A stretch of 64,000 nucleotides of DNA from Eledone cirrhosa (lineage: Eukaryota). The DNA lies in the NCBI GenBank assembly GCA_964016885.1, contig CAXHJY010000861.1, forward strand, positions 62,001 to 126,000, in the 5' to 3' direction. This document shows, one piece after another, positions 12,160 to 25,900 of the stretch. The notes beneath the pieces are model-generated. The model was not told the origin of the DNA. It was given only the letters and a program-made list of their open reading frames with translations, and ran no database searches. A program made the position numbers and the translations under genes. The first letter of the stretch is position 1. Every line of letters starts with the position of its first letter.

Positions 12160-12875
12160 TGTTATATTTGTTGGACACCATACTTTGTGGCATAGAGTTA
12201 CATCCCTTTACATCCTGAGTTCAAATCCTGCCGAGATTAACTTTGCGTTTCATCCTTACGGGGTCAATAAAATAAAGTACCAGTAACTCACCAGGGTCAG
12301 TCTAATCGATATCCCCCTTCTCCAAAATTGTTGACCCTGTACCTAAATCTGAAACCATTGGCAGTATCGGTAGAGGGTTGGACGCCATGCTTTGATGCAT
12401 AGAGTTATGGCCCTTGCCATTCTGAGTTCAAATCCCGCCTAGGTTAACTTTGTCTTTCATCCTTACAGGGTCTATAAAATAAAGTACCAGTAATGCACTG
12501 GGATAATTGCTGGCCTTGTGCCAAAAGTAGAAACAATTATTATTATTTCATGTGGGGGCAGTGGATTGGCAGAATCAATAGAGCATCTGACAATGATTTG
12601 TGGCATTCAGTTACATCCCTTTACGTTCTAAGTTTATATCCAGCCAAGGTCAACTTTGCCTTTCATCCTTCCCATGTTGATAAAATAAAATCCTATTTAA
12701 GTATTAAGGTTGATGTAATTGACTTGACCTTCCCCCAAAATTGCTGATCTTTTGCCAATGTTAGAAAGAATTATTTCAAATCCTGCCAAAGTCAACTTTA
12801 CAGGGTCAATAAGATAAAGTATCGGTCATGTATTAAGGGTTGATATAATCAACTAGTCTACCTTCTCCCCTAAAC
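12160..12875 (+). mobile_element. Cluster of 3-4 tandem SINE copies (abundant family with B-box gagttcaaatcc and ATT tail)
   Basis: Recurring gagttcaaatcc(c/t)gcc.aggt(c/t)aactttg..tttcatcctt..ggggtc.ataaaataaagtaccag; the same family occurs near 13300, 27500, 51700-52000, 55100 and 63500-63870. Confidence 0.75.
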
Positions 12876-12903
12876 CTCTCTTCTTGGGTCTGTCTTAAAA
12901 ATA

Positions 12904-13190
12904 CAGTGGAACCTCATTTCACAAACTTAATTCCTCCCTCAAGGTTGTTCATCACCCGAAATTTTTGTAAACCTAAACTATTTTTCCCATATGAAATATT
13001 AGAGAAACTGTGTGTGAAAGACAGATAGATATCACCACAATAACTAACTACACAGCAAGTGACACTTTCCTGCCAATACTCCCAGCTTGTCGCCAACCGT
13101 TGTTGCTGGATTGTGTGTTTGTTAGTCGAGACACTGTCAACTGAGAGGTTTTATGTTCAGAAATTGTTTGTGAACCAAGGTTCCTCCTCT
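12904..13190. mobile_element. Degenerate Tc1/mariner-pogo (Tigger-like) MITE
   Basis: Starts TA|CAGTGGAACCTC; a degenerate inverted end ttgtgaaccaaggttcctc lies near 13170-13190. Confidence 0.45.
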
Positions 13191-13457
13191 CCATGTCTAT
13201 AATAGGGTGGTGGATTCCCAGAATTGTTACAATCATTGTCACCGTTTAACATCAATTCTTCCCCGCTGGCATACTGCTATATTTGGTGGTCGTTCTTTAC
13301 GTTCTGAGGTCAAATCCCACTGAGGTCAACTTTGTTTTTAATCTTTCTAGGATCAATAAAATAAAATACTGGTCCAGTTCTGGTGAAAGGGCTTGATACA
13401 ATTTAAACCCCGCCATATATCTGACCTTGTGCCTATAGGTAGGCGGAGGTGGAGGAC

Positions 13458-14482
13458 ACACCTTCACACATACTTATATACACTTCTTCACACATACTTA
13501 TATACACTCCTTCACATATACTTATATACACTCCTTCACATATACTTATATACACTCCTTCACATATACTTATATACACACCTTCACACATACTTATATA
13601 CACTCCTTCACACATACTTATATACACTCCTTCACACATACTTATATACACTCCTTCACATATACTTATATACACTCCTTCACATATACTTATATACACT
13701 CCTTCACACATACTTATATACACTCCTTCACATATACTTATATACACTCCTTCACATATACTTATATACACTCCTTCACACATACTTATATACACTCCTT
13801 CCCATATACTTATATACACTCCTTCACATATACTTATATACACTCCTTCACACATACTTATATACACTCCTTCACATATACTTATATACATTCCTTCACA
13901 TATACTTATATACACTCCTTCACACATACTTATATACACTCCTTCACATATACTTATATACACTCCTTCACACATACTTATATACACTCCTTCACACATA
14001 CTTATATACACTCCTTCACACATACATATATACACTCCTTCACACACATACTTATATACACTCCTTCACACACATACTTATATACACTCCTTCACATATA
14101 CTTATATACACTCCTTCACACATACTTATATACACTCCTTCACACATATACTTATATACACTCCTCCACACATACTTATATACACTCCTCCACACATACT
14201 TATATACACTCCTTCACACATACTTATATACACTCCTTCACATATACTTATATACACTCCTTCACACATATACTTATATACACTCCTTCACACATATACT
14301 TATATACACTCCTTCACACACATACTTATATACACTCCTCCACACATACTTATATACACTCCTCCACACATACTTATATACACTCCTTCACACATACTTA
14401 TATACACTCCTTCACATATACTTATATACACTCCTCCACACATACTTATATACACTCCTCCACACATACTTATATACACTCA
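13458..14482. repeat. 24-bp minisatellite (cactccttcaca(c/t)atacttatata)
   Basis: About 42 tandem units; the source of the spurious HTYLYTLL/PSHILIYT ORFs. Confidence 0.95.
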
Positions 14483-14883
14483 TTCAACCACTTACAGTCT
14501 AACGAGTTAATTGACATTTTTTTACTTTTGTTTACTGCAAATGGGAAATAGGAGATATTTGACATTGAAGGTGAAATCAGTGAAATATTCCACTCCAAAT
14601 ATTTCACTGAGCATAACATGGTCACCTGACCTGGCTGTCTCACAACAGGATAACTCGTCTAACCCATGCCAGCATGGAAAAATGGACATTAAACGGTGAT
14701 GATGATGATGATCTTATTTACATAGAATCAATATTTTATGTCTATAACAAATCTTAGCATTTCTCAAATTATCCAAAAATGGATAATTACAAGGAATCTT
14801 GTAATGTTGTGTGAGGTGACAGATCACAGTTACTGATATAAACCCCTTTTTTGTGGCAGTGTGTGTGGGTGTTAATGGCTTAA

Positions 14884-15079
14884 CCCTTTAACCAGCCGTA
14901 TCCGGCCAGAATTCTCTCACTTCTATCAGTTCAAACTGGCTGTATCCAGCCACTCATACTGACAGTAAAGTATTTTTCTCAAAATCTCATAGATTCGATA
15001 TTATGTGAGATATTATGTAAGATAAAGCCTTTACCACAGAAATGCAATAGCATATATAGAGTAATGTAGATGTTAAGGG
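14884..15079. mobile_element. piggyBac-type MITE
   Basis: TTAA|CCCTTTAAC...GTTAAGGG|TTAA; homologous to 62145-62352. Confidence 0.7.
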
Positions 15080-15213
15080 TTAATAGATAGAGGAAAGGCT
15101 GCACCTATGATAAATTTCTAAACCTCTGTCACTAACAACAGGAAGGGACAAAGTTATCGTTTTACTGAAGGTCCGGCATACCATACGTTGTTTTTCTTGA
15201 TCCTGGTTCCCAG

Positions 15214-15411
15214 CAATACTCCTCCACCTCCTCCTTCAGAGAATGGAACCAATAAAGATGAGACAGATGAGAAGGAATCTCCACAGACACCTCAGTTAAA
15301 AGATTTTGGACTCAGTTACTACACCATTGCTCAGTTACAGAAACCAAACAGTGTAGCTAACAATCATAATGGCTACTATTGTAGCAACTACACTAGTAAT
15401 TACAACAACTG
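15214..15411 (+). CDS. SKA3: Probable SKA3 exon (NTPPPPPSE...ESPQTPQLKDFGLSYYTIAQL...)
   Basis: Flanked by cag and gtaag. TPQLKDFGLSYYT resembles the SKA3 motifs SPQLSDFGL and TPKLEHFGISEYT (recalled, not searched). Confidence 0.7.
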
Positions 15412-15439
15412 GTAAGCTCACTTTACATCTTTTGGGCTT

Positions 15440-16042
15440 TTTTCTTTTATTGTAAAACATAGTACCCAGTCCACACTGTAAATTGGTCATGTTGGTGACA
15501 TGACATAAAGTACCCAGTCCACACTGTAAGGTGGTCATGTTGGTGACATGACTTAAAGTACCCAGTCCACACTGTAAGGTGGTTATGTTGGTGACATGAC
15601 ATAAAGTACCCAGTCCACACTGTAAGGTGGTTATGTTGGTGACATGACATAAAGTACCGTCCACACTGTAAAGTGGTCGCGTTGGTGACATGACATAAGG
15701 TACCCTGTCCCACACTTTACAGTGTGGGTTTGGTGCTTTTTGTTGTGACACCAGCTCAACCACTTTACGCTGGTGACTGGGGCATGGGTGTAAAGGTGTG
15801 GGATGCATATGAAAGGGGGGAGGATAATAGTTAAGAGATACCCACTAGATGTATGTTTGAGTCTGCACATGGGAAGGCGGGCCTTCTGTATTACTGCATA
15901 ACACCAAAGATCTTGATCCTGTGTCATTGACTTTGAGAGATGCAACTGAGCAAGGTGAGCTTTTATCACCTCATCCCAGGTCTTCCTATTCCATAGCTTC
16001 GATCAACTTTGATCCTCCTGCACCTTTCTATACAGGTGTCAT
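15440..16042 (-). mobile_element. 3' part of an RTE copy split by the Gypsy element; 48-bp tandem repeats in its 3' UTR (15462-15715)
   Basis: IKAHLAQLHLSKSMTQDQDLWCYAVIQK matches the RTE C-terminus; the copy continues at 21570. Confidence 0.85.
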
Positions 16043-16799
16043 TTTTGGAAGGTTAGTATTAGTACATATAAAATTAAATAATATTGAAAAGAAGAATGGC
16101 TGGTGCGTGTTTGTACAATGTTTTACTTCACAGAAGTCAATAATAAAACAATAGAAATATTTTACCACGTGTCGTAATGGTGTAGTTGGTGAGTTGGTCG
16201 AGACTCCAAGACTGGAACGTGTAAAGAAGAGAGAGAGAAAGCAGAAATCATCTCTTCATAGGCAGGATTCATCTCTAGGTAGAGAAAGCAGAAATCATCT
16301 CTTCATAAGTTTGAAGTCATCTCTTCAGCTGCGGTGTGGAAAGTGAGAGAGCGTATCGCCTCACGCTCTCAAATATATAGTCCCCATGGGGACGTAACTC
16401 CATTTAGTTCATGGATGTGCCACTAGAGGTCATGACCGTCACAAAGGGATGCAACTCTTATTCGTTCTGAGTTCCAGCCCTAAGGGGTCGCTACAGTACC
16501 CTCCTCCAGACGATAGGCGAAAAGCCCGAAGGTAATTGTAGTGAACCCACAAGCATGGGCTCCACACACAGGCATGAAATAGTAACGAAACAAGAAAAGG
16601 TACATGTATACATAGTTCAATGAAAAAGAAAAAAAACACAAAAAAAAAGGCTCCAGTGGCCAGTTCACATAAAAAAAAGTTTGGCCGAGTTTTTGGGGCC
16701 AGTGGACTCTTTGACCGGAACGGGTCGTGGTCTTGTATGTAGGTGAAGGTGGGGCAGAAGGAGCAGGTGTATACACAAGAGAGAAAGATTGGGGTATTT

Positions 16800-19650
16800 G
16801 TGGCTCGGGTGTATGAGCGTCATGCCCTTTTTAATCTATCCACCGAAATTGTCTCTCTGGACCCCTTAATGTCTACTGTGAAATGTTTGTCAGTGCGTGC
16901 TAACACACGGCTGTGTGAGGGGTGGAGTAACAGCGTCGTTTCTGACGAAGACGTGTCCACGAGGCAATATCCCTCGGAACTGCAGCTTTAATAATTTGTT
17001 TCCTAGTATTCATGGGCGGTAGGTCCTGAAAATAGGAGCGCAAACGAGATACGTAGGAAAGAGGATCCTGAAAAGCAAGATCAACAGGGGCAAGCATTTG
17101 CCCAGGCAACGCTAGAGGAGCACCATACAGTAATTCGGCCGGGAGAACCCAAGATCCTCCTTTTATGATGACCGAATTCCTAATAACACAATAGGAAGGT
17201 ACTTGCTCCAACGTTGAGAGTCTGGATAGGCGCGAAGAGAGGCCTTTAATTGGCGGTGGAAACGTTCCACCATTCCGTTCGAAGCAGGATGATAAGCTGT
17301 GGTCCGAATCCATTGAGCACCAATGATCTTTGTCAGCTCAGAGAAGAGATGGGATTCAAATTGTCTACCACGGTCTGTGGTGACTGTTGTTGGTACGCCA
17401 AAGCGGGTAATCCACCCTGATACCAGGGCACGAGCTATAGTCTCAGCGGTAATGTCCTTTAAGGGGATGGCTTCAGGCCATTGTGAAAAACGATCAATGC
17501 AGGTCAAAAGGTAAGAATATCCACTACTGAATGGCCAAGGTCCAACGATATTGATGTGGATGTGTTGAAAACGAGCATCTGGAGTACTGAAAGTACCAAG
17601 TGGAGTCCGGATGTGTCTGTGAACTTTAGACTTTTGACACTGTGTGCAGGAACGGCACCAGACAGTAATTTCTCGCCTCATATTGGGCCAGAAAAATCTA
17701 GCCGTTATGAGCTTTACTGTGGCTGAAATTTCTGGGTGATAAATGCTGTGCAAAGCAAGGAACACAATTCGACGGTGAGTCTCAGGAACATAAGATCGTG
17801 GTGAATCTGTAGATATGTCGCATAGTATCTGCCTGTCGGTCGACAAGGGCAGATATTTCAAGTTGCAAGTCGCAAACTCGGCTGATTGAGTATCCAATGA
17901 TTGGAGTGAAGGCTGGTCTGCAGCTAAACGACATAAATCGATCTCCTGGGATGACGAGATGCAGCTATTTGGAAAACGTGACAATGCATCTGCAGCTGTG
18001 TTAAGTGAGCCAGCAATGTGCTTGTTATCATTTGTAAATTGCGAAATTTAATCAAGGTGCCTTGTCTCTCTGAGTGAATATTTGTCGGCTTTAGCCCTCA
18101 AAGCGAAGGTCAGAGGTTTGTGGTCAGTTAAAACCGTAAAATTTCTCCCCTAAAAGAATATGAGAGAAATGTTTCACCGACAGATATATGGCTAATAATT
18201 CCCGCCCAAACGTGCTGTAATGTGTTTCTGCTGGTTTCAGCTTCCTTGAGAAAAATGCCAAAGGTTGCTGGTTTCCAGCGTAAGACTGCTGTAAAACTGC
18301 TCCCACAGCGGTATCAGATGCATCAACACAAAGCGAAAGCTTAGCCTCTGGTATCGGGTGGGCTAGCAACGATGAACTAACGAGTGCTGTGTTGGCAGTC
18401 TGGAAGTCTTTGAGCTGTCCTTGTGTCAAGGAAATATCCTCATTCTTACGATTTTTCAAAATGTCGGTAAGGGAAGATAGCAATTTAGCACAATGAGGAA
18501 CGAAACGTCTATAAAAATTGATTAGGCCTAAGAAGTGACACAACTGGTGAAGCGTAGTAGGCGGAGGTAAATCCTGTATGACTTGAACTCGCTGAGGAAG
18601 GGGCCTAATACCTTCGGCATCGATGAGGTGACCTAAAAAATTCAGCGAAGCGGAACCGAAAACACACTTGGCGGGATTCACACGAACACGGTAATCCTGA
18701 AGTCGCTGAAATAAAAGATGCATGTGACGCATATGCTCTTCTGGATAAACGAAGTCCAGACCACGAGTGACTTCGTCTATGAACCGCTGAAAAGTGCTAG
18801 CAGCGTTCCTGAGTCCGAAAGGCATGGTAAAAAATTTGAAGGATTCGAAAGGAGTCGTAATCGCCGTGTTCGGAATATCTTCTTTCCTGACCGGAATTTG
18901 GTGGTAAGCTCGCACTAAATCTAGTTTTGAGAAAATCTTACACCCCTACAATGAAGATGGGGGATCGGATATCTATCCGGGACGGTCATAGCATTTAACC
19001 TCCTATAATCCCCAGAAGTCTTGGGCACCATGTGTAACGGTGAAGCCCAAGGACTCGTAGATGGGCGAATAATGCCCAGCTGCAGCATATGCCTTTAATT
19101 TGTCCGCCGGTAAACAGTGTGGACGCGAAAACACTGGAGCACCGGTGGTGGAAATGAAATGTTCAGTTGAGTGGGTTGGCTCAGTGACTTGAAAATTTCC
19201 ATCGGTGAGCTCCGGGAAAGAACCTAACAAGGAATGTTAGGCGTTTCCAGCGGCAGCGATGAAGAATATGGGGCTGACCGCTGGAGCATTAGCTTTCCGG
19301 CCATAAATTAAAAAATGGTGATGTCATCCACTAGGCGTTGGCCACGGACGTCCACAGTCAAAGAGAAGTTGTGGAGGAAATCCGCTCCTAAGATAGGGTA
19401 TGGCAAATCGGCAACCGTAAAAATCCACTTAAAATCCCTACGAAGATTTAGGAATTTGAGAGGAAGCGAGATTTGTCCGTACGTCTTTATAGACGAGTGG
19501 TTAACGGCCTGCAGAGTAACAGATGACTCCACGGGGGTATCTTTTAGGCAATGGACCGGCCAAATACTACAGGAGGCTCCTGTATCCACGAGGAAACCTC
19601 TTCCCGACATTAGGTCCTTAATGAAGAAATGGCGGTTTGGTGGCTTTATG
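16800..19650 (-). pseudogene. Gypsy pol remnant (protease, RT, RNase H, integrase)
   Basis: Protease FLVDTGA; [16 protein letters not shown] (catalytic YxDD segment missing); RNase [15 protein letters not shown]; integrase [12 protein letters not shown] and NGMVERFHR. Many frameshifts. Confidence 0.92.
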
Positions 19651-19669
19651 CTGAGGTCAACTGCCCCCG

Positions 19670-20395
19670 TCAGCGGACCTCTTTGGCGTTTCTCGCCTTC
19701 TGAAACGAGCAAGGTTGCACACAGTGGTTCGCGTTCTCGGCAAAACGCTCGTGGTACCAGCATAAAGATGAAGCTGGTGACCTGGGGCGGCGTCTAAAAG
19801 AGTGAGATCTCCCACGGCTGCGCAAGCGCGAACGAGCACCACACCAGACCTTCATCTTCTGGAGCTCCAGGGTTAGTTCCTGAATGGCCCTCTGCATTGC
19901 CATAATAGCTGAGCTGTCTGTAGGAGTTGCCGCGCAGATGGCATAGCCAGATGTGGCCTGAGCTGGGTGGGAAACAACGGCAAGGGCTTCGCTGCCTCCA
20001 GCAACCGTGACTTAAAAAATTTGTCCGCAGAGGCAGCAAGCTGATCCACTGTGCAAGTGTCCCTAATGGGGGCCAAAATTGCCTGTACGTTGGTCGGTAG
20101 GCGTGAGAAGAACAACGACTTCAACATGGCAGATTCCGCTACCGACCCCTCTGTTAGGTCTTTCATTCGCCTTAGGAGGTTCGATGGGGTGCCATCACCC
20201 ATATGCTCCAGATGGACCAGAGCCCTAAATCGTTTCTCTGTGGACTGTGCAGTCCGGCTGAGTATTTCAGCCTTCAAAGACTTGTACGTCACGTCGGTAG
20301 GTGTATCTAATACTAGATCCTTAATCGCTGGGATAAGTGCCGGCGGAATTGCACTAAGGACTAGGGGATGTTGTTGTGCCTCATCGATTCTGTTT
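19670..20395 (-). pseudogene. Gypsy gag remnant
   Basis: DLVLDTP..YKSLKAEIL..MGDGTPSNLLRRM..LFFSRLP and the CWYH..F...A..C..PC knuckle; frameshifted. Confidence 0.85.
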
Positions 20396-21569
20396 GTTGA
20401 GCGAACCATAACCTTACATCGCCCGTGTACATAGGGAGAACAGAATGAGATGCCATTGGTATACAGTAAGTAAATGGCCAAAACAGAACAAGGGAAAAAG
20501 AAAACAAATTTGCTTGTTTTTCTCTGTCAAACAACTGGACAGGAAAAAGAATGCATCCAAGATAATATGTAAAGGAGGGACTAACCGAGCAATAGCATTA
20601 ATAATACATTGGCAGCGAATTTAAAACGAAAACCAAAATGGCGGACGATTTCGCGCCAAAAACACTTTTGATGGAGAAGAAAGCCGCCATCTTGACATCC
20701 TCAAAAAGTTTAGCCAAAGAAAAGAAGAAAATACATTCATACAATTCTGTTTTGCTAGGAAGCTAGCAGCATTATTATTTTTTTGTGTGTGTTTGTGTGT
20801 AAATAACTGGAATGTTACAGAGAAAGATGCTGAAATCGGTAAATACGGCCATATCAGAATCAAGCGTGTTGTTCTGTATTAAATGTTGTTTTTTTTATAT
20901 ACACATAATACCGCCTCCTATTATTTTTTTTTCGGTGTCACCAATTTTAGAAGGTTAGTATTAGTGCATATAAAATGAAATAATATTGAAAAGAATAAGA
21001 ATGGCTGGTGCGTGTTTGTACAATGTTTTACTTCACAGAAGTCAATAATAAAACAATAGAAATTGTGGTTAGAAAAAGCTACCTCACTTAACGCTTTTCA
21101 CAGGCGCCGCTAGATCCCATGGCTGGTTTCTCCTCTTCCACGTGCGTACAATCCAACTCGTTAAAACCGGGAGCTGCAAAACTCGCGTCCACCACGTTCC
21201 TGATCACCGCTAGAGAGAGGCCCACCTGCTGGCCCTTCCAGTCAAGCACACTTCCGGTCGTGCACTCCACACCATACCCACAGAAATATTTTACCACGTG
21301 TTGTAATGGTGTAGTTGGTGAGTTGGTCTAGACTCCAAGACTGAAACGTGTAAAGAAGAGAGAGAGAAAGCAGAAATCATCTCTTCATAGGCAGGATTCA
21401 TCTCTAGGGAGAGAAAGTGAGAGAGCGTATGGCCTTGCGCTCTCAAATATATAGTCCCCATGGGGACGTAACTCCGTTTAGTTCATGGATGTGCCACTAG
21501 GGGTCAGGACCGTCACAAAGGAACGCAACTCTTATTCGTTTTGAGTTCCAGCCCTAAGGGGTCGCTACA

Positions 21570-22465
21570 TCATCCTGCATGCCCATCACATGACCATACC
21601 AACACAATCTCCTCTCTAGTAAATTGCATCTGATCCATCTTATGCCTAGTTTCTCCCTCAGTTCATTTACACTTTGCCATTCGTGTATATTACTATTACA
21701 CATCCATCGGAGCATGCAAGCTTCATTTCTTTCCAATCCATGCAGGTCCTCTGCACACAATGCTCAGGTCTCACTACCAAGTAACATTGCTGTTTGTATA
21801 CAAGCATTATACAATCTGCCCTTCATTTTGTGGGAAAAACCTTTTGTAGTTAGTAGCAGTAGTAACTCTCTGAACTGTCTCCATCCCATTCTTACTCTGG
21901 CTACTGTACTTTTGGAATACTCTCCTCCACTGTTGATTTGGTCACCCAGGTAACGGAAAATGTCGACTATTTCTACAGAGCCGTCTGGGCATTTAAAGGA
22001 GCTAGTATCCTGTGGACACTTGCTACTTACTGCACCAGTGCACTAGCAACATCTAAAACATACGTTCTTTGATAGCCTGCCTGTGATCCCACTATATCTT
22101 TTATGTACCCATAGCTTGCATTTGGGACACAGGGTGGAATTTCTACCTATTCCTTTCCTGCACACTGAGCAAGGCCATTTCCCTCAAGGAATCTGGGTCC
22201 TGTTTTCCTTTCTACATAATAGGACTTTAGTCTTTGATAAGTTAACTTTAAGACCTTTTGATTCTAGGCCATGCTTCCAGGTTTGGAATTTCTTTAGTTC
22301 TGCCATAGATTTAGCTATAAGGGTTAGATCATCTGTATACAGAAGTTGCCAGGGGTAGCCAGTCTTAAACTCTTCTGTTATAGCCTGTAGGACTGTAATA
22401 AACAGGAGAGGGTTAAGAATGGATCCTTGATGGACACCTACCTCTACACTAAATCCTTCGCTATG
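21570..22465 (-). mobile_element. RT part of the RTE copy interrupted by Gypsy
   Basis: LERNEACMLRWMCNSN, GKWPCSVCRKG and LYTDDL on -. Confidence 0.88.
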
Positions 22466-22657
22466 ACTTGGAGATTCAACAAACAGAGATGATCAATAAG
22501 AACCGGTATTGGGGTTGATATGATGGACTAAATCCCTTCAAAGCAGTGCCCCAGCATGACCAGAGTTTAATGACTGAAACCTGTAAAAGAATCAAATATA
22601 GTTTTGACTTCTTCACTTGAGAAGAAATGTCTTTTATTGTTTTTCTCTATATTTCAG

Positions 22658-22761
22658 TGTTTCAACACCTGCAAGTTACACACATAATGGCCTCATTATG
22701 TCACCTGGGGTCCTCGGAAGAATTTCACCACTTTTCACACCAGTGGCTGCCTTTAAAAATG
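22658..22761 (+). CDS. SKA3: Probable SKA3 exon (VSTPASYTHNGLIMSPGVLGRISPLFTPVAAFKN)
   Basis: tttcag acceptor and gtaagt donor; phase 2 in and phase 1 out, matching both neighbours; rich in S/T-P sites. Confidence 0.65.
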
Positions 22762-22785
22762 GTAAGTAGAGTTTGACAAGATCTA

Positions 22786-22910
22786 CTACTACTACTACCA
22801 CTACTACTACCACCATTACTACTACTACTACCACCACCATTACTACTACCACCATTACCACAACCACAACTATCTATACTACTACCACTACTATTACTGG
22901 TACTACTACT
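22786..22910. repeat. (ACT/ACC)n microsatellite
   Basis: Direct reading. Confidence 0.9.
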
Positions 22911-22955
22911 AATTTTACTTTGACTACAGAACATGCTGTAAAGTGGTTGGCATCG

Positions 22956-25900
22956 GATATCTACTGTGAGGAAGGATATCTACTGTGAGGAAGGATATCT
23001 ACTGTTAGGAAGGATAGCCACTGTTAGGAAGGATATCTACTGTTAGGGAGGATATCCACTGTTAGGAAGGATATCTACTGTTAAGAAGGATATCCACTGT
23101 TAGGAAGGATATCTACTGTTAGGAAGGATATCTACTGTTAGGAAGGATATCCACTGTTAGGAAGGATATCTACTGTGAGGAAGGATAGCCACTGTTAGGA
23201 AGGATAGCCACTGTTAGGAAGGATATCTACTGTTAGGAAGGATATCTACTGTTAGGAAGGATATCCACTGTTAGGAAGGATATCCACTGTTAGGAAGGAT
23301 ATCCACTGTGCGGAAGGATAGCCACTGTTAGGAAGGATATCCACTGTTAGGAAGGATATCTACTGTGAGGAAGGATAGCCACTGTTAGGAAGGATATCTA
23401 CTGTTAGGAAGGATAGCCACTGTTAGGAAGGATATCTACTGTTAGGAAGGATAGCCACTGTTAGGAAGGATATCTACTGTTAGGAAGGATATCTACTGTT
23501 AGGAAGGATATCTACTGTTAGGAAGGATATCTACTGTTAGGGAGGATATCTACTGTTAGGGAGGATATCTACTGTTAAGAAGGATATCTACTGTTAGGAA
23601 GGATATCTACTGTTAGGAAGGATAGCCACTGTTAGGAAGGATATCTACTGTTAGGAAGGATAGCCACTGTTAGGAAGGATATCTACTGTTAGGGAGGATA
23701 TCTACTGTTAAGAAGGATATCTACTGTTAGGAAGGATATCTACTGTTAGGAAGGATATCTACTGTTAGGAAGGATATCTACTGTTAGGGAGGATATCTAC
23801 TGTTAAGAAGGATATCTACTGTTAGGAAGGATATCTACTGTTAGGAAGGATAGCCACTGTTAGGAAGGATATCTACTGTTAGGAAGGATAGCCACTGTTA
23901 GGAAGGATATCTACTGTTAGGAAGGATATCTACTGTTAGGAAGGATATCTACTGTTAGGGAGGATATCTACTGTTAGGGAGGATATCTACTGTTAAGAAG
24001 GATATCTACTGTTAGGAAGGATATCTACTGTTAGGAAGGATATCTACTGTTAGGAAGGATAGCCACTGTTAGGAAGGATATCTACTGTTAGGAAGGATAG
24101 CCACTGTTAGGAAGGATATCTACTGTTAGGGAGGATATCTACTGTTAAGAAGGATATCTACTGTTAGGAAGGATATCTACTGTTAGGAAGGATATCTATT
24201 GTTAGGAAGGATAGCCACTGTTAGGAAGGATATCTACTGTTAGGAAGGATAGCCACTGTTAGGAAGGATATCTACTGTTAGGGAGGATATCTACTGTTAA
24301 GAAGGATATCTACTGTTAGGAAGGATATCTACTGTGAGGAAGGATAGCCACTGTTAGGAAGGATATCCACTGTTAGGAAGGATATCCACTGTTAGGAAGG
24401 ATATCTACTGTTAGGAAGGATAGCCACTGTTAGGAAGGATATCTACTGTTAGGAAGGATAACCACTGTTAGGAAGGATATCTACTGTTAGGGAGGATATC
24501 TACTGTTAAGAAGGATATCTTTTGTTAGGAAGGATATCTACTGTTAGGAAGGATATCTACTGTTAGGAAGGATAGCCACTGTTAGGAAGGATATCTACTG
24601 TTAGGGAGGATATCTACTGTTAAGAAGGATATCTACTGTTAGGAAGGATATCCACTGTTAGGAAGGATATCTACTGTTAAGAAGGATATCCACTGTTAGG
24701 AAGGATAGCCATTGTTAAGAAGGATATCTACTGTTAAGAAGGATATCTACTGTTAGGAAGGATAGCCACTGTTAGGAAGGATATCCACTGTTAGGAAGGA
24801 TATCTACTGTTAAGAAGGATATCCACTGTTAGGAAGGATATCCACTGTTAGGAAGGATATCTACTGTTAGGAAGGATATCCACTGTTAGGAAGGATATCT
24901 ACTGTTAGGAAGGATATCCACTGTTAAGAAGGATATCCACTGTTAGGAAGGATATCCACTGTTAGGAAGGATATCTACTGTTAGGAAGGATATCTACTGT
25001 TAGGAAGGATATCCACTGTTAGGAAGGATATCCACTGTTAGGAAGGATATCTACTGTTAGGAAGGATAGCCACTGTTAAGAAGGATATCCACTGTTAGGA
25101 AGGATAGCCACTGTTAGGAAGGATATCTACTGTTAAGAAGGATATCCACTGTTAGGAAGGATATCTACTGTTAGGAAGGATAGCCACTGTTAAGAAGGAT
25201 ATCCACTGTTAGGAAGGATATCTACTGTTAAGAAGGATATCCACTGTTAGGAAGGATATCTACTGTTAGGAAGGATAGCCACTGTTAAGAAGGATATCTA
25301 CTGTTAGGAAGGATATCCACTGTTAGGAAGGATATCTACTGTTAGGAAGGATATCCACTGTTAGGAAGGATATCCACTGTTAGGAAGGATATCTACTGTT
25401 AAGAAGGATATCCACTGTTAGGAAGGATAGCCACTGTTAGGAAGGATATCTACTGTTAGGAAGGATATCCACTGTTAGGAAGGATATCCACTGTTAGGAA
25501 GGATATCTACTGTTAAGAAGGATATCCACTGTTAGGAAGGATATCTACTGTTAGGAAGGATATCCACTGTTAGGAAGGATATCTACTGTTAAGAAGGATA
25601 TCCACTGTTAGGAAGGATAGCCACTGTTAGGAAGGATATCTACTGTTAAGAAGGATATCCACTGTTAGGAAGGATATCTACTGTTAGGAAGGATATCTAC
25701 TGTTAAGAAGGATATCCACTGTTAGGAAGGATAGCTACTGTTAGGAAGGATATCCACTGTTAAGAAGAATATCCACTGTTAGGAAGGATATCTACTGTTA
25801 GGAAGGATATCCACTGTTAAGAAGGATATCCACTGTTAGGAAGGATATCTACTGTTAGGAAGGATATCCACTGTTAAGTAGGATATCCACTGTTAGGAAG

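Larger units (their letters stand above)
12140..15213 (+). other. Candidate U12-type (minor spliceosome) GT-AG intron
   Basis: Donor GTATCCTTT; branch-like TTTCTTGAT with its A at 15200, 13 nt before the end of the CAG acceptor. Confidence 0.75.
16043..21569 (-). mobile_element. Full-length but decayed Ty3/Gypsy LTR retrotransposon
   Basis: LTRs 20945-21569 and 16043-16495. TSD tcat (16039-16042, 21570-21573). PBS tggtgacaccgaa (20931-20943). PPT ggaggagggtac. Domain order gag-PR-RT-RH-IN. Confidence 0.95.

Noticed and set aside
13393-14510. Long ORFs of 369, 353 and 204 aa
   Set aside because: These are translations of a stop-free 24-bp minisatellite inside an intron.
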